IMG/VR virus record: IMGVR_UViG_3300033141_004289
Span: 40,851 to 104,850 of that record
DNA: 64,000 nucleotides
From: a virus
Strand: one strand, 5' to 3'
A program made the position numbers and the translations under genes. The notes under the pieces were generated by a model. That model searched no databases and was not told the DNA's origin. It worked only from the letters and a program-made list of their open reading frames with translations. Position 1 is the stretch's first letter. The number at the start of each line of letters is the position of its first letter. Positions 46,510 to 55,801 of this stretch are shown piece by piece.

Positions 46510-47475
46510 GTGAGTGATTTTGTACATAAATACAGAATTAGACAACAAGGAAAAAAACGTAAGCCGCATTTTGAATTAATGCTAAATACCTATCCAGACC
46601 TGTCTAATATGGATTTAAGCCTTGAAGATGGTGATAAACCATTAGGTGTAATTTTAGGACTTACAGAGACGTTTTTAGAGGCTTTTCCAGATGGTTTTGT
46701 AAGTAATGACAAGACACACTCAACAAGTCATTCAATGCTCGCTTATTGGAAAACATTAGATTTATATGGCAGAGATATATACAAGATGGGTGAAGGTTTT
46801 TCAAAGGCCTTATTAAATGTGAATTTAGATATACCTGCAAAACATCTTCCATTATTGAATAAAATGATTTGTATCGAATTTCCAGATAATTTAAGATTCA
46901 ATGCTGGTCCATCCGCAATAAATATGGAAGCAGATAGATTTATAAATTGTGTTTATGTTGTTGTTACAGATGAGAAGGCCGAAACAAAGGATGGTTCTGA
47001 AGCAAAAAGGACTATGCGCTGTATAATGCCTTTATATGACGAAAATAATGATTTAACGATGGAGGTTCAAGAATACGGTATACCTATAATTGACCTTGAA
47101 AAGACCTTCTTAGAGGCAGTTGAAAGGGCATCAAGATTTGATGAAGTTCCCCATAATAATAAGGACTTTATAAAGTTTGTTTTAAAATGCTTAGTTTATA
47201 TTGATAGTGGTGACCCTGATTTAAGGGACTATAAAGCACCAAAAAATGATAAAAATATTAAAGGAAGATCATGGGTTAGAGCTAACAAAAATAATTCATT
47301 ATTGGATATGACTTTAGTTGGTTACAACCACAAAAAGAATAATCTAAGACATGTTGATAGTTCAATTGTATCAGGCCATTATCGCTGGCAGAGGTGTGGT
47401 AAGGGTTTTAGTAAGGTGAAACTAGTATTTATAGAGGAGCATAATAGAAAATATGAAAAAAATAAAACTAACTAA
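46510..47475 (+). CDS. Hypothetical protein, distant paralogue of 45231..46142
   Basis: VSGHYRWQRCGKGFSKVKLVFIEEHNR; GGAGG RBS with GTG start. Confidence 0.65.
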   Translation: MSDFVHKYRIRQQGKKRKPHFELMLNTYPDLSNMDLSLEDGDKPLGVILGLTETFLEAFPDGFVSNDKTHSTSHSMLAYWKTLDLYGRDIYKMGEGFSKALLNVNLDIPAKHLPLLNKMICIEFPDNLRFNAGPSAINMEADRFINCVYVVVTDEKAETKDGSEAKRTMRCIMPLYDENNDLTMEVQEYGIPIIDLEKTFLEAVERASRFDEVPHNNKDFIKFVLKCLVYIDSGDPDLRDYKAPKNDKNIKGRSWVRANKNNSLLDMTLVGYNHKKNNLRHVDSSIVSGHYRWQRCGKGFSKVKLVFIEEHNRKYEKNKTN

Positions 47476-47938
47476 AGGTTATTTTGCATTAGTTGACGAT
47501 GAAGATTTTGACTACTTGTCTCAGTACAAATGGTCATTACAGAGATCGAAAACTAAATTGTATGCGAAGAGGTTTATTCGTAAAGCGGGTAAAAAGACGT
47601 GCATTAGCATGCACAGGTGTCTACTAAAGGTGGAAGCATCAACAATACAAGTGGATCACAGGGATGGCAATGGATTAAACAACCAAAAACATAATTTACG
47701 GTTGGCTACAAATAAGCAAAATGCCCGAAACAGTAAGAAGCCCAAAGGAGAGTTTACTTCTAAATTAAAAGGTGTTGGTAGGAGTAGGAAGAGTAAATGG
47801 AGGGCTAGAATAACAGTAAATGGACGGGACATCTATCTTGGTACTTTTCATACAGAGATTGATGCTGGTAAGGCATACGATAATGCGGCTAAAAAATATT
47901 TCAGAGAATTTGCTAAGCTAAACTTTAATAAGGAGTAA
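47453..47938 (+). CDS. HNH endonuclease with AP2 DNA-binding domain (free-standing homing endonuclease)
   Basis: ALVDDEDF, VDHRDGNGLNNQKHNLR, WRARI...YLGTF...AYDNAA...F.EFA.LNF. Confidence 0.93.
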   Translation: MKKIKLTKGYFALVDDEDFDYLSQYKWSLQRSKTKLYAKRFIRKAGKKTCISMHRCLLKVEASTIQVDHRDGNGLNNQKHNLRLATNKQNARNSKKPKGEFTSKLKGVGRSRKSKWRARITVNGRDIYLGTFHTEIDAGKAYDNAAKKYFREFAKLNFNKE

Positions 47939-47940
47939 TA

Positions 47941-48225
47941 ATGAGGGTAGAAAAAATTATCTTAGAAGCTGACAGTGAAACAACATCAGATGAACGTGAT
48001 TTAATGATGCTAAATAAAATCGAAGAAATGTTAGGGACGGGACCAATTATTGGAGAAGGAAGAGAAGTTATACTAAATCTATCTAGGAACTTAATGATTA
48101 GGGATTTAATACTAACTTCTCTAGGTGTTCCAGAAGATGCAAAGGAAGAGCTGTTTCGTAAGGCAAACGAAATAATGAGAGAAAAAGATGCTAAAATATT
48201 AAAAGAGAGGAAAAAATGCAAATAG
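47941..48225 (+). CDS. Hypothetical protein
   Basis: 94 aa, AGGAG RBS. Confidence 0.55.
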   Translation: MRVEKIILEADSETTSDERDLMMLNKIEEMLGTGPIIGEGREVILNLSRNLMIRDLILTSLGVPEDAKEELFRKANEIMREKDAKILKERKKCK

Positions 48226-48512
48226 AAAAATACTTTGAAAAACATTTAATAGAACTAAAAGCAGAGGCGATAGAGTCAACAGATAGTGAAGAGACGGCCT
48301 TTCAAATTAAGTCCCAAATTGAAGCATATGTAAATGACCCATGTTTTGATCTATGGGATATTGACCCAAATTTTGAAGGAAAAGTGTGTGTTGATACACT
48401 GAAGACATTTCAAGAGTTCTTTGAAATGCTTCGAGAAGTCCAGAGTCTTAGAGCAGATTCAGAGAATTTACAATCTTTTAAAAAGGCTTGGGATTGGATG
48501 AAAGGTCAATAA
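48216..48512 (+). CDS. Hypothetical protein
   Basis: 98 aa, GAGG RBS. Confidence 0.55.
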   Translation: MQIEKYFEKHLIELKAEAIESTDSEETAFQIKSQIEAYVNDPCFDLWDIDPNFEGKVCVDTLKTFQEFFEMLREVQSLRADSENLQSFKKAWDWMKGQ

Positions 48513-48826
48513 AGTTTTTCATCTGTTAAATATGATTCAAATAATTGGTCATTAAAATACTGATAAACCCATATATTGGCATTATGCTCTGGTATTTCCA
48601 CCCTTAAAATTAAAGCTTCTTTCTTAAAGTATGGAAAAAGTACATTATGTAACTCTGGCTCAGTTATAATCATATTGTAGTCGTTATAATAAAGAGTATA
48701 ATCAAAGGTGATATTTAATAAATCAGTAAATTTATCTAACTTTTCACCTTTTAATTTCTTAATACTACCTAATTCTTCTCTGATCCCTTCTTTAATATAT
48801 TTTAAGACGCTATTGAGCTTGTCCAT
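48506..48826 (-). CDS. Hypothetical protein
   Basis: 106 aa, GGAG RBS. Confidence 0.55.
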   Translation of the reverse strand: MDKLNSVLKYIKEGIREELGSIKKLKGEKLDKFTDLLNITFDYTLYYNDYNMIITEPELHNVLFPYFKKEALILRVEIPEHNANIWVYQYFNDQLFESYLTDEKLY

Positions 48827-49647
48827 GTTTTATCTCCATATCCGTTGAAGAATTTATTTAACCACATAACAAAATCCATATTGTGGTCTACTAATTCTCT
48901 TGCTCTAGTAGGTAAATCAACATATTTTCTACAATTTCCATCTAAGAATTCTTGTGGATTTATCTTCCATAATTCAATCTCATCAGTTACTGGAATATTT
49001 TTAAAGTTACATGTTATCCAAAAATCTTTTTGACTTAATTTATTTCTATGTAAATAGTTATTTAATTGACCTTCTGTTTTCCAGTATTGCTCACCCAGTT
49101 CATCTCCATGAAGATTTTTCCAGTGATTTAATCTTGGCTGAGTATCTTTATGTTTAAAAGTATCAAATACTAATTGAAATTCAGCTATTGAATCAATTGA
49201 GCCACTAGTGCTTCCAGTTACAGGGTATTTATTTAACATTTTTGTAACATCATTTAATAAGGCAGTTGTTCCAAGGTTGAATAATCTATAAATAAATCCT
49301 CTACTAGTGGCCTGACAAAATAGATTAGAGCAATATAAATGGTCATTATTTTTAATTAATTTCATTCTGCAAGTTGGGCAAAATTCTGGAATATTGTATT
49401 TCTCATCTGACTTTTTAATAATTGTTTTAATAGTTGGTACAGCATGTTCATCAAAATCAATTTTTAATTTAGCACCTTTTCCAATCCCTACTAATAACGG
49501 TTTAAAATCCTTATAAATTAATGAATCAACACCTAATTTTTCAATCTCTTTATTACTATTTAAGTGGAATAAAGGAGCTATGTTACCCTTTAGATTAGTT
49601 ATAAACTGTGTTTTTTTAACCGTTACAATTGCTTTAGTTATTATCAT
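48802..49647 (-). CDS. LigA-derived OB-fold plus C4 zinc-finger protein lacking the adenylation domain
   Basis: GNIAP...IGKGAKLKI...AVPTI...IPEFCPTC...LYCSNLFCQA follows LigA domains 2-3a. No KxDG motif. Confidence 0.65.
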   Translation of the reverse strand: MIITKAIVTVKKTQFITNLKGNIAPLFHLNSNKEIEKLGVDSLIYKDFKPLLVGIGKGAKLKIDFDEHAVPTIKTIIKKSDEKYNIPEFCPTCRMKLIKNNDHLYCSNLFCQATSRGFIYRLFNLGTTALLNDVTKMLNKYPVTGSTSGSIDSIAEFQLVFDTFKHKDTQPRLNHWKNLHGDELGEQYWKTEGQLNNYLHRNKLSQKDFWITCNFKNIPVTDEIELWKINPQEFLDGNCRKYVDLPTRARELVDHNMDFVMWLNKFFNGYGDKTWTSSIAS

Positions 49648-49654
49648 TATTACC

Positions 49655-49975
49655 TCAGATTAAAGTGTTGTAGGATTCAGAATTATAATTTTTTTCGCCA
49701 TAGTCGTCATATTGCCCATTAATTGATTTAACCTCTTTTCCGCTAAAGCCTTTTTGTGACTTATAAACTGTTAATTCAACCACTTGTTCAGCAACTAATT
49801 TTCTAAATGCACCATCATTCATAATAACATCTTTATTATGAACAAATGCATCACCTAATCCAACAACAGTTTGAAAGTTATTTCCAACCTTTTTTTCTAA
49901 TAATTTTACAAATCCAAAACCCTTTTCACAGTCGAATTTGATAACTTTACCTCTAAATATCCCTTCTGACTTCAT
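49655..49975 (-). CDS. Cold-shock domain protein
   Basis: GKVIKFDCEKGFGFV (RNP1), DAFVH (RNP2), FRKL...QVVE...KG. Confidence 0.85.
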   Translation of the reverse strand: MKSEGIFRGKVIKFDCEKGFGFVKLLEKKVGNNFQTVVGLGDAFVHNKDVIMNDGAFRKLVAEQVVELTVYKSQKGFSGKEVKSINGQYDDYGEKNYNSESYNTLI

Positions 49976-50500
49976 TTAAAACCCCTTCCTTCGTCCAAAC
50001 TCCGCTAATAGTACTGCATCAACAAGGCCATCATGCGGCACCGTACATCTAGTAGATGCCAAAAATGATTCATTAGGAAATAACCTAGTTACAGTTAATA
50101 GTGATGTTTTTTTTGTATCTTTTACTTGTTTGCCTTTAGACTTTTTAAACTGAATTTTCGTTCCTACCCAGATAACTTTTTGCCAAGTTTGGGGTAATAC
50201 GGCCGTATAAGGTATTCTTAATACTGCTAGAATCCCTTCTATTTTTCCGGATTGTTTTGAAAGAGAAGTAGCTGCTTTTTTACTATAACCAAAGAATCCA
50301 GCAAATCTTTCAAGTACAACATGAGTGTTCTTTTTTCTATATTTATTCAAAATTGTAGCTATTCTCATTAAATCCAAATCACCACCAATTAATGGCATGA
50401 TACACTTAAAAATTAATTTATTGTTTTTTAATACAACAATTCCACCCTTCAAACCCAGATCAATCCCTACATAGTATTTATCTTCCATAACAAAATCCAT
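49976..50500 (-). CDS. ruvC: RuvC-like Holliday junction resolvase
   Basis: YVGIDLGLKGG, VVLE, PQTWQK, DGLVDAVLLAEFG. Confidence 0.85.
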   Translation of the reverse strand: MDFVMEDKYYVGIDLGLKGGIVVLKNNKLIFKCIMPLIGGDLDLMRIATILNKYRKKNTHVVLERFAGFFGYSKKAATSLSKQSGKIEGILAVLRIPYTAVLPQTWQKVIWVGTKIQFKKSKGKQVKDTKKTSLLTVTRLFPNESFLASTRCTVPHDGLVDAVLLAEFGRRKGF

Positions 50501-50506
50501 AATCCC

Positions 50507-52549
50507 TTAAATAAAACTGGCTTCACTGTGATTTTCAAACCTAGTAACCCTTAAAATATTTGGTACTGAGTTTTTAATTTCTTCCTTGTGTGAAACCATT
50601 AATATTTGGCTATATCCTAATTTTTGAACCAATACTCTGGTTACTGAATTTATTATCCCTGATGCTAAATGGCTGTCTAATGCACTGTCAACTTCATCTA
50701 AAAATAACATATTCAGTCTAAAATTATTTTGTCTTCGTTTATACATTGTTAGAGCAATTCTAACTACATATGAAATAATTACTTTTCCACCACCACTATC
50801 CATACTGAAGTCTTTTTCAATACCGTTTTCGATGATTTTAAGGCTTATTTCGTCCTTTCTTTGCTTCATCCTAAGGTTATTACATAACGGGCATTCTTTC
50901 CCTCTATGGCCCTTTTCAAACACGTATCCACACCCACATATTGGCTCATTTTTAGAGAGCTCTTTATCAGGACTAAACAATAGTGTTAGATTATGCCCTA
51001 ATTCTTTTAACAACATATTACAATCATCTTCTATTTCTTGAAAAGCATTTTCTATCTCATTTGCTACAATTCCGTTTTTTGAGAACATTCCAGCTATAAA
51101 TCTTAGATCACCCATTATTCTTTTCAGCTTTATATTCTTTTCAGCTACTTCATCAATCTTCTTAATAGCTTCTGTTGCCCGCTTTTTTCTAACTTTTAAA
51201 CCACCTAATTTTTGATCAAATTCTCTATTATCTAATGAGATATCATCTAATTCATCATTTAGTTTTTCAATTTTTTCTTCAATATCGTCTGAATTTATTT
51301 CTAATATATCTTGCAGCTTATTTATTTTTAATTGTATTTCTGGCCTTGTATCTTCTATCTTAGTTTCACTGATCTCTTTTTTAATTCTTTTTATTTCTCT
51401 GTCATTATAGTCGATATCATCTAAAGCATTATCCACTTTATCATATCTTTTTAAGCTTTTTTCACCTTCTTTTATAACTCGTTTAATTTCTAGTAACTCG
51501 GATTCTAGTGTTTTTATATCAGACTTTTTAAATTCTACCTTGTCACATTCTTCTTTTAAAATAGGACAAAATCCATTTTTATTAGTCTTTATTTTATCAA
51601 TAGTTCTAGCAGTTTCGGCCATATTATTTTTACAATTTGCTAACTCAGTAACTAATTCATCTCTATCAGGTAATTCAATTACATCTTTTTGATACTCTTT
51701 ATTCTCTTCTATTAACTTTTTTACTTTTTTCTGAAGTTTTGATATTTTTAAACCAATATTACTAATATCTTCTTGCTCCCTTACATAGTCTTTATATTTA
51801 ATTCTTGCGTTATTTTTAATATCTTTTAGATCATTTAAATTAATTCTTTCTTTTTTAATATCTTCTTTTACTTCGTTGTAACTTTCAATGCTTTCATCTA
51901 GTTCTTCTTTAGTTGATTCTATAGCAATATTTAAGTCATCAATATCTTCTAACGACTCTTCTAATGCCTTTTTAACTGCTTCATTGTCAGCTAATCTACT
52001 AGAATATAGCTTTATATCTTCCATTACAGCATCATATTTATTTTTCCAATGATCTATATTCATTGATCTCATAAGATATTTTGACTTATCGGAAGGGCTT
52101 AAATCCATAAATCCATTAATATCTGCTTGTTTGAAAAAAGAAGTTAGTTCAAAATCAGCTTTATTAATACCAAATAAATCTTCAATTGCTTCTGTTGATT
52201 CACGTACTTTTTGAAGCCAATCTAATTCTAAAACTGTTTTATTTTTATGATCGACACCTCTTCTAATAGTGTATTTTTTTCCACTAGAATCACTAAAAAT
52301 ACCTTTTACAATCATCACCTTTTTACCATGATGAATCATATTTACATTCTTTTTTGCTCTAGTTGTGCCAACTAAAAGATACTTTATTGCTTCCATTAGA
52401 AGAGTTTTACCGCTTCTATTAGACCTTCTTTTATCATTAGCGTATTCAGCTAATATTCCAACGACAGATTTATCACTAAAATCTAATTTTACATCTTTAA
52501 ATATGCCAAAATTCTTTAGTTCTAAATAGTCTAACTGAATTTTTTCCAT
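50507..52549 (-). CDS. sbcC: SbcC/Rad50 (gp46-like) recombination ATPase
   Basis: LKNFG, Walker A NRSGKT, Q-loop, coiled coil, SGGG signature, LFLDEVDSALD, VSH. Confidence 0.92.
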   Translation of the reverse strand: MEKIQLDYLELKNFGIFKDVKLDFSDKSVVGILAEYANDKRRSNRSGKTLLMEAIKYLLVGTTRAKKNVNMIHHGKKVMIVKGIFSDSSGKKYTIRRGVDHKNKTVLELDWLQKVRESTEAIEDLFGINKADFELTSFFKQADINGFMDLSPSDKSKYLMRSMNIDHWKNKYDAVMEDIKLYSSRLADNEAVKKALEESLEDIDDLNIAIESTKEELDESIESYNEVKEDIKKERINLNDLKDIKNNARIKYKDYVREQEDISNIGLKISKLQKKVKKLIEENKEYQKDVIELPDRDELVTELANCKNNMAETARTIDKIKTNKNGFCPILKEECDKVEFKKSDIKTLESELLEIKRVIKEGEKSLKRYDKVDNALDDIDYNDREIKRIKKEISETKIEDTRPEIQLKINKLQDILEINSDDIEEKIEKLNDELDDISLDNREFDQKLGGLKVRKKRATEAIKKIDEVAEKNIKLKRIMGDLRFIAGMFSKNGIVANEIENAFQEIEDDCNMLLKELGHNLTLLFSPDKELSKNEPICGCGYVFEKGHRGKECPLCNNLRMKQRKDEISLKIIENGIEKDFSMDSGGGKVIISYVVRIALTMYKRRQNNFRLNMLFLDEVDSALDSHLASGIINSVTRVLVQKLGYSQILMVSHKEEIKNSVPNILRVTRFENHSEASFI

Positions 52550-53115
52550 TATAAGCTTTCCAATATATCTCTTTCGGCATCTAAATTTCTATTATTTGCT
52601 TTCGTTTCACAAAATTTATCACCGAATCTTTGCTGTAATTTAGCTATATTATTTGTTTTAATATCGTCCAAATTAAAACCTAGTCCTGTAATCATAAAAT
52701 AAACTGTATTAAAAATCTCTTGACACTTTTCCTCGATAGTATCGTTATTTATAAGCCTTGCATAAAATGCTTTTTTCTTATAAAAGTCTAATAATTGACT
52801 TGATTGCATTGCCAATTTCTCAACTGTATCGTGGAAATTTATATATAAAATTCGTTCAAAATATCGGTCTGCTGTTATTATGGATAATTCAAAATCAAAT
52901 TCTCTTTCAAATATCGCTAAATACCATAAAATATCACCTATCTCTTCGGCTAAATTAACTGCATCAACTTCTTTTCTGTTCATTGCTTCAAGCAATTCAC
53001 CTACTTCTGTGCATATTCCGATTGCTCCATGTAATAACCTTAGTTCAAATTTATCAAGATGAAATACGTCACTCATTGTTTTATTGCTTAATTCTTTATA
53101 CTCTTTACTATCCAT
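52549..53115 (-). CDS. mazG: MazG-like nucleotide pyrophosphohydrolase
   Basis: GICTEVGELLE...EEIGDILWYLA...NIAKLQQRF. Confidence 0.85.
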   Translation of the reverse strand: MDSKEYKELSNKTMSDVFHLDKFELRLLHGAIGICTEVGELLEAMNRKEVDAVNLAEEIGDILWYLAIFEREFDFELSIITADRYFERILYINFHDTVEKLAMQSSQLLDFYKKKAFYARLINNDTIEEKCQEIFNTVYFMITGLGFNLDDIKTNNIAKLQQRFGDKFCETKANNRNLDAERDILESL

Positions 53116-53116
53116 T

Positions 53117-54322
53117 TTATATCTCCAAATATTTTTTAGTTCGTTTATAGATTCTTTTTGCTTTACTAAGATCAGTTCTTAAATTCTTTTTTAGATACAC
53201 CTTAATTTTATCATCCAAAGGTAAACTCATTTTTTGGTCTACTGATCTAACTACCTTTTTAATAACTACTCTTGGGATAATAGGCTTTACATGGCAGTTA
53301 TGCTTCTCAATTTCTTTTTTTATATCATCCCAATTATAGGTATTATTTTCTGGGTTAATCATTACATCAATTTTAACAATAGGGTTATTTTCGGGGATAA
53401 TGGTATTCATAAATTCCTTAACCTCCTTAATATCAAAAAAGTCAGTTGTTTCACCAATCATATTTAATTCTAATTCTTTAAAATCTATGCAATTAGTGGC
53501 TATGAAGCCTATTTCATCTTCTGTTCCAAGTTGGTTTGAAATACTTATATCACAAAAATACTTGGTTCCCTTTTCACCAAATCCACAAAATATTGGTGAC
53601 CCAACAACATATAAGTTATCTTCAATATAATGACTATGTAGATGGGCCTGAATTATCTTAGGAGGTATGAATCCAATAGGTACGCTTGTAAAACATTTGG
53701 GAAGAAATACATCTGATTTTTTTAATAAATTCTCTTCACTTCCCGTATGTGCACCAAGTACATTTAAATGACTAAATACATAGTGCTGTGAACCAACTCC
53801 TACATTTTGTAAAATCTTCTCGCATCTTTTATCTATATATTGTTGTGGGGTAATTTCTTTTCTAATCTTCCCATCATTCATTTTTTTAACAATTAATGCC
53901 TTTGAAATATGGGGTAAAAACGTAAAATACAATGGGCCATTATCAAATGTGCCTATATTAATAAATTTAATATCATCTATTAAAGTAATTGAGGGATAAC
54001 CAACCTTTATTTTTCTAATAAAGGATAAGCAAGATAATCTTTCAGGATCAGATATTGAATCATGATTACCAACCATAATATAGGTTTTTATATTATGCTT
54101 ATGGATTAAATTTAGAACCTGTATGAATTTAGAAATATGGTATTCAGAGGGTGTATTAGTATTAAAAATATCCCCACCTAGAATTAATATAACATCTTCT
54201 TTTTTAGAGGCCCAATAGCAGTGACCAACTATCTTTTTTCCAATATTTATAATCTCATCTGTTCTATCAATATTGTCTGTTTTAAGATTGATATGCCAAT
54301 CGGATGAAAATACTACTCTCAT
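53117..54322 (-). CDS. sbcD: SbcD/Mre11 (gp47-like) nuclease
   Basis: SDWH, GGDIF, GNHD, HLH, GSP metallophosphoesterase motifs. Confidence 0.9.
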   Translation of the reverse strand: MRVVFSSDWHINLKTDNIDRTDEIINIGKKIVGHCYWASKKEDVILILGGDIFNTNTPSEYHISKFIQVLNLIHKHNIKTYIMVGNHDSISDPERLSCLSFIRKIKVGYPSITLIDDIKFINIGTFDNGPLYFTFLPHISKALIVKKMNDGKIRKEITPQQYIDKRCEKILQNVGVGSQHYVFSHLNVLGAHTGSEENLLKKSDVFLPKCFTSVPIGFIPPKIIQAHLHSHYIEDNLYVVGSPIFCGFGEKGTKYFCDISISNQLGTEDEIGFIATNCIDFKELELNMIGETTDFFDIKEVKEFMNTIIPENNPIVKIDVMINPENNTYNWDDIKKEIEKHNCHVKPIIPRVVIKKVVRSVDQKMSLPLDDKIKVYLKKNLRTDLSKAKRIYKRTKKYLEI

Positions 54323-54579
54323 TTTCTAACCCATTTTCTTGAGCTAATATCGTATTTTCTACTTTTCTTATAAAATACCTCATAGTCTAATATAATTAAA
54401 AATACTAATAATGCTGGAACAACTAGCATTAAGGCTATTAATATAAACCAAAAATTTGCCATAAATGAGGTACTGCTATCATTAGCAAACTTCCAGCACT
54501 TAGGAATTAAATCAGTTAATATAAAAAATGTTCCAACACTTAATCCTGTATATTTTAAAATATTTTTAATCATTATCAT
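54319..54579 (-). CDS. Small membrane protein (two TM segments)
   Basis: Two hydrophobic stretches. Confidence 0.55.
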   Translation of the reverse strand: MIMIKNILKYTGLSVGTFFILTDLIPKCWKFANDSSTSFMANFWFILIALMLVVPALLVFLIILDYEVFYKKSRKYDISSRKWVRK

Positions 54580-55801
54580 CCTCTAAACCAGTTTTAACTG
54601 CTTCAAATTCATCATCGTCTTCTTCAAATGTACCTGTCCAAACTGGTTCTAAAAACTCGGGATAATCTGTTATTAAGATATTTAGTTCATTCATTCCATA
54701 AAACTTATCTTTAAAATCTTCTTTTTCTTTAATAACTTTTACACCAACTCTACTTTTTGTTAATGCTTCTCCATCTGAATCAAATTTTGTAGAACCAACT
54801 TTAACCAATTCATCATTAACTAATAGTTCAACTAATCCAGAAAATGGGTCTAACCCACTAGCATATCTAACATCTGTAATAGTTGTTTGAAATGGCCTAA
54901 CAGCTCTATTTTTATTTGTAGTCCATTCTGTTCGCATACCTGTATAAACTATTCTACCGTTTTTCTTTTCAATGGATTTAACTGTTTTTTTCAATTTACC
55001 AAGTAATTTACCTTGTAATCTTTGTGTGGCCCAAAACTTGATTTTTTCTTCTGCATTTGATTTATATGGATTCCCATATGTTATTGAATGGTCTTTAGTT
55101 AATTGATTTAATAAAATAAATGTTGCCCCAAATTTATCAAATACAGGAATCATTCTTTCAAGATGGCCATAAAAGGCTGCATTTTTCTGCATGGCCCTGT
55201 ATCCTCGTGGGTCAGCACCCTTTTCCATATTTGCTATATCAACTTTACACTGTAAGGCCGGATAAGAATCAACACCCATAACAATTGGAATACTAAGGTC
55301 TTTAACCTTTTTTCTGATGTTTGTAATAAAGGCATACATGGCCTTAAAGACCATATCCATATCAACTATTGGATCGCCTCTAAGTCCTTTTTTCTTCTGT
55401 GTTGCTGTTTGGATTTCACCAAAGGCAAAATGACCTCCTCTAATATCTAATCCAACCATTTCAGCATATGGTTCTTCAAACGCTCTTTCACCATCAAACA
55501 ACTGGCAAAACCCACCCATCTGTACTGCTTCACTCATTAACTCATATAATAAAAATGACTTACCTGATTGACTTGCACCAGCTATTTCTAAAAATTTACC
55601 ACCTAATACGCCACCTGTAGTTTTTTGTAACCCATGATGCCTAAAAGGTATTTTATAAGGTGCTATTTCTTCATTTTTGGATTCTTCATCCATAACTGAA
55701 AAAGCAAATTTATTCATATCATCTGTAATATCTCTTAGATCAAATTTTTTAACTACTTTTTTCTTTACTTTTTTAGTTTTTTTAGCAACTTTTTTAGACA
55801 T
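54566..55801 (-). CDS. recA: RecA/UvsX recombinase
   Basis: GGVLGG, GASQSGKS, FDGERA, VDS, LNQL, KNR..RPF. Likely start ATG55801 after AGGAGG. Confidence 0.9.
   Translation of the reverse strand: MSKKVAKKTKKVKKKVVKKFDLRDITDDMNKFAFSVMDEESKNEEIAPYKIPFRHHGLQKTTGGVLGGKFLEIAGASQSGKSFLLYELMSEAVQMGGFCQLFDGERAFEEPYAEMVGLDIRGGHFAFGEIQTATQKKKGLRGDPIVDMDMVFKAMYAFITNIRKKVKDLSIPIVMGVDSYPALQCKVDIANMEKGADPRGYRAMQKNAAFYGHLERMIPVFDKFGATFILLNQLTKDHSITYGNPYKSNAEEKIKFWATQRLQGKLLGKLKKTVKSIEKKNGRIVYTGMRTEWTTNKNRAVRPFQTTITDVRYASGLDPFSGLVELLVNDELVKVGSTKFDSDGEALTKSRVGVKVIKEKEDFKDKFYGMNELNILITDYPEFLEPVWTGTFEEDDDEFEAVKTGLEDDND

Noticed and set aside
47453-47938. HNH-AP2 as an intron-encoded or novel system
   Set aside because: The flanking ORFs are not halves of one gene, and free-standing HNH-AP2 genes are common in phages.
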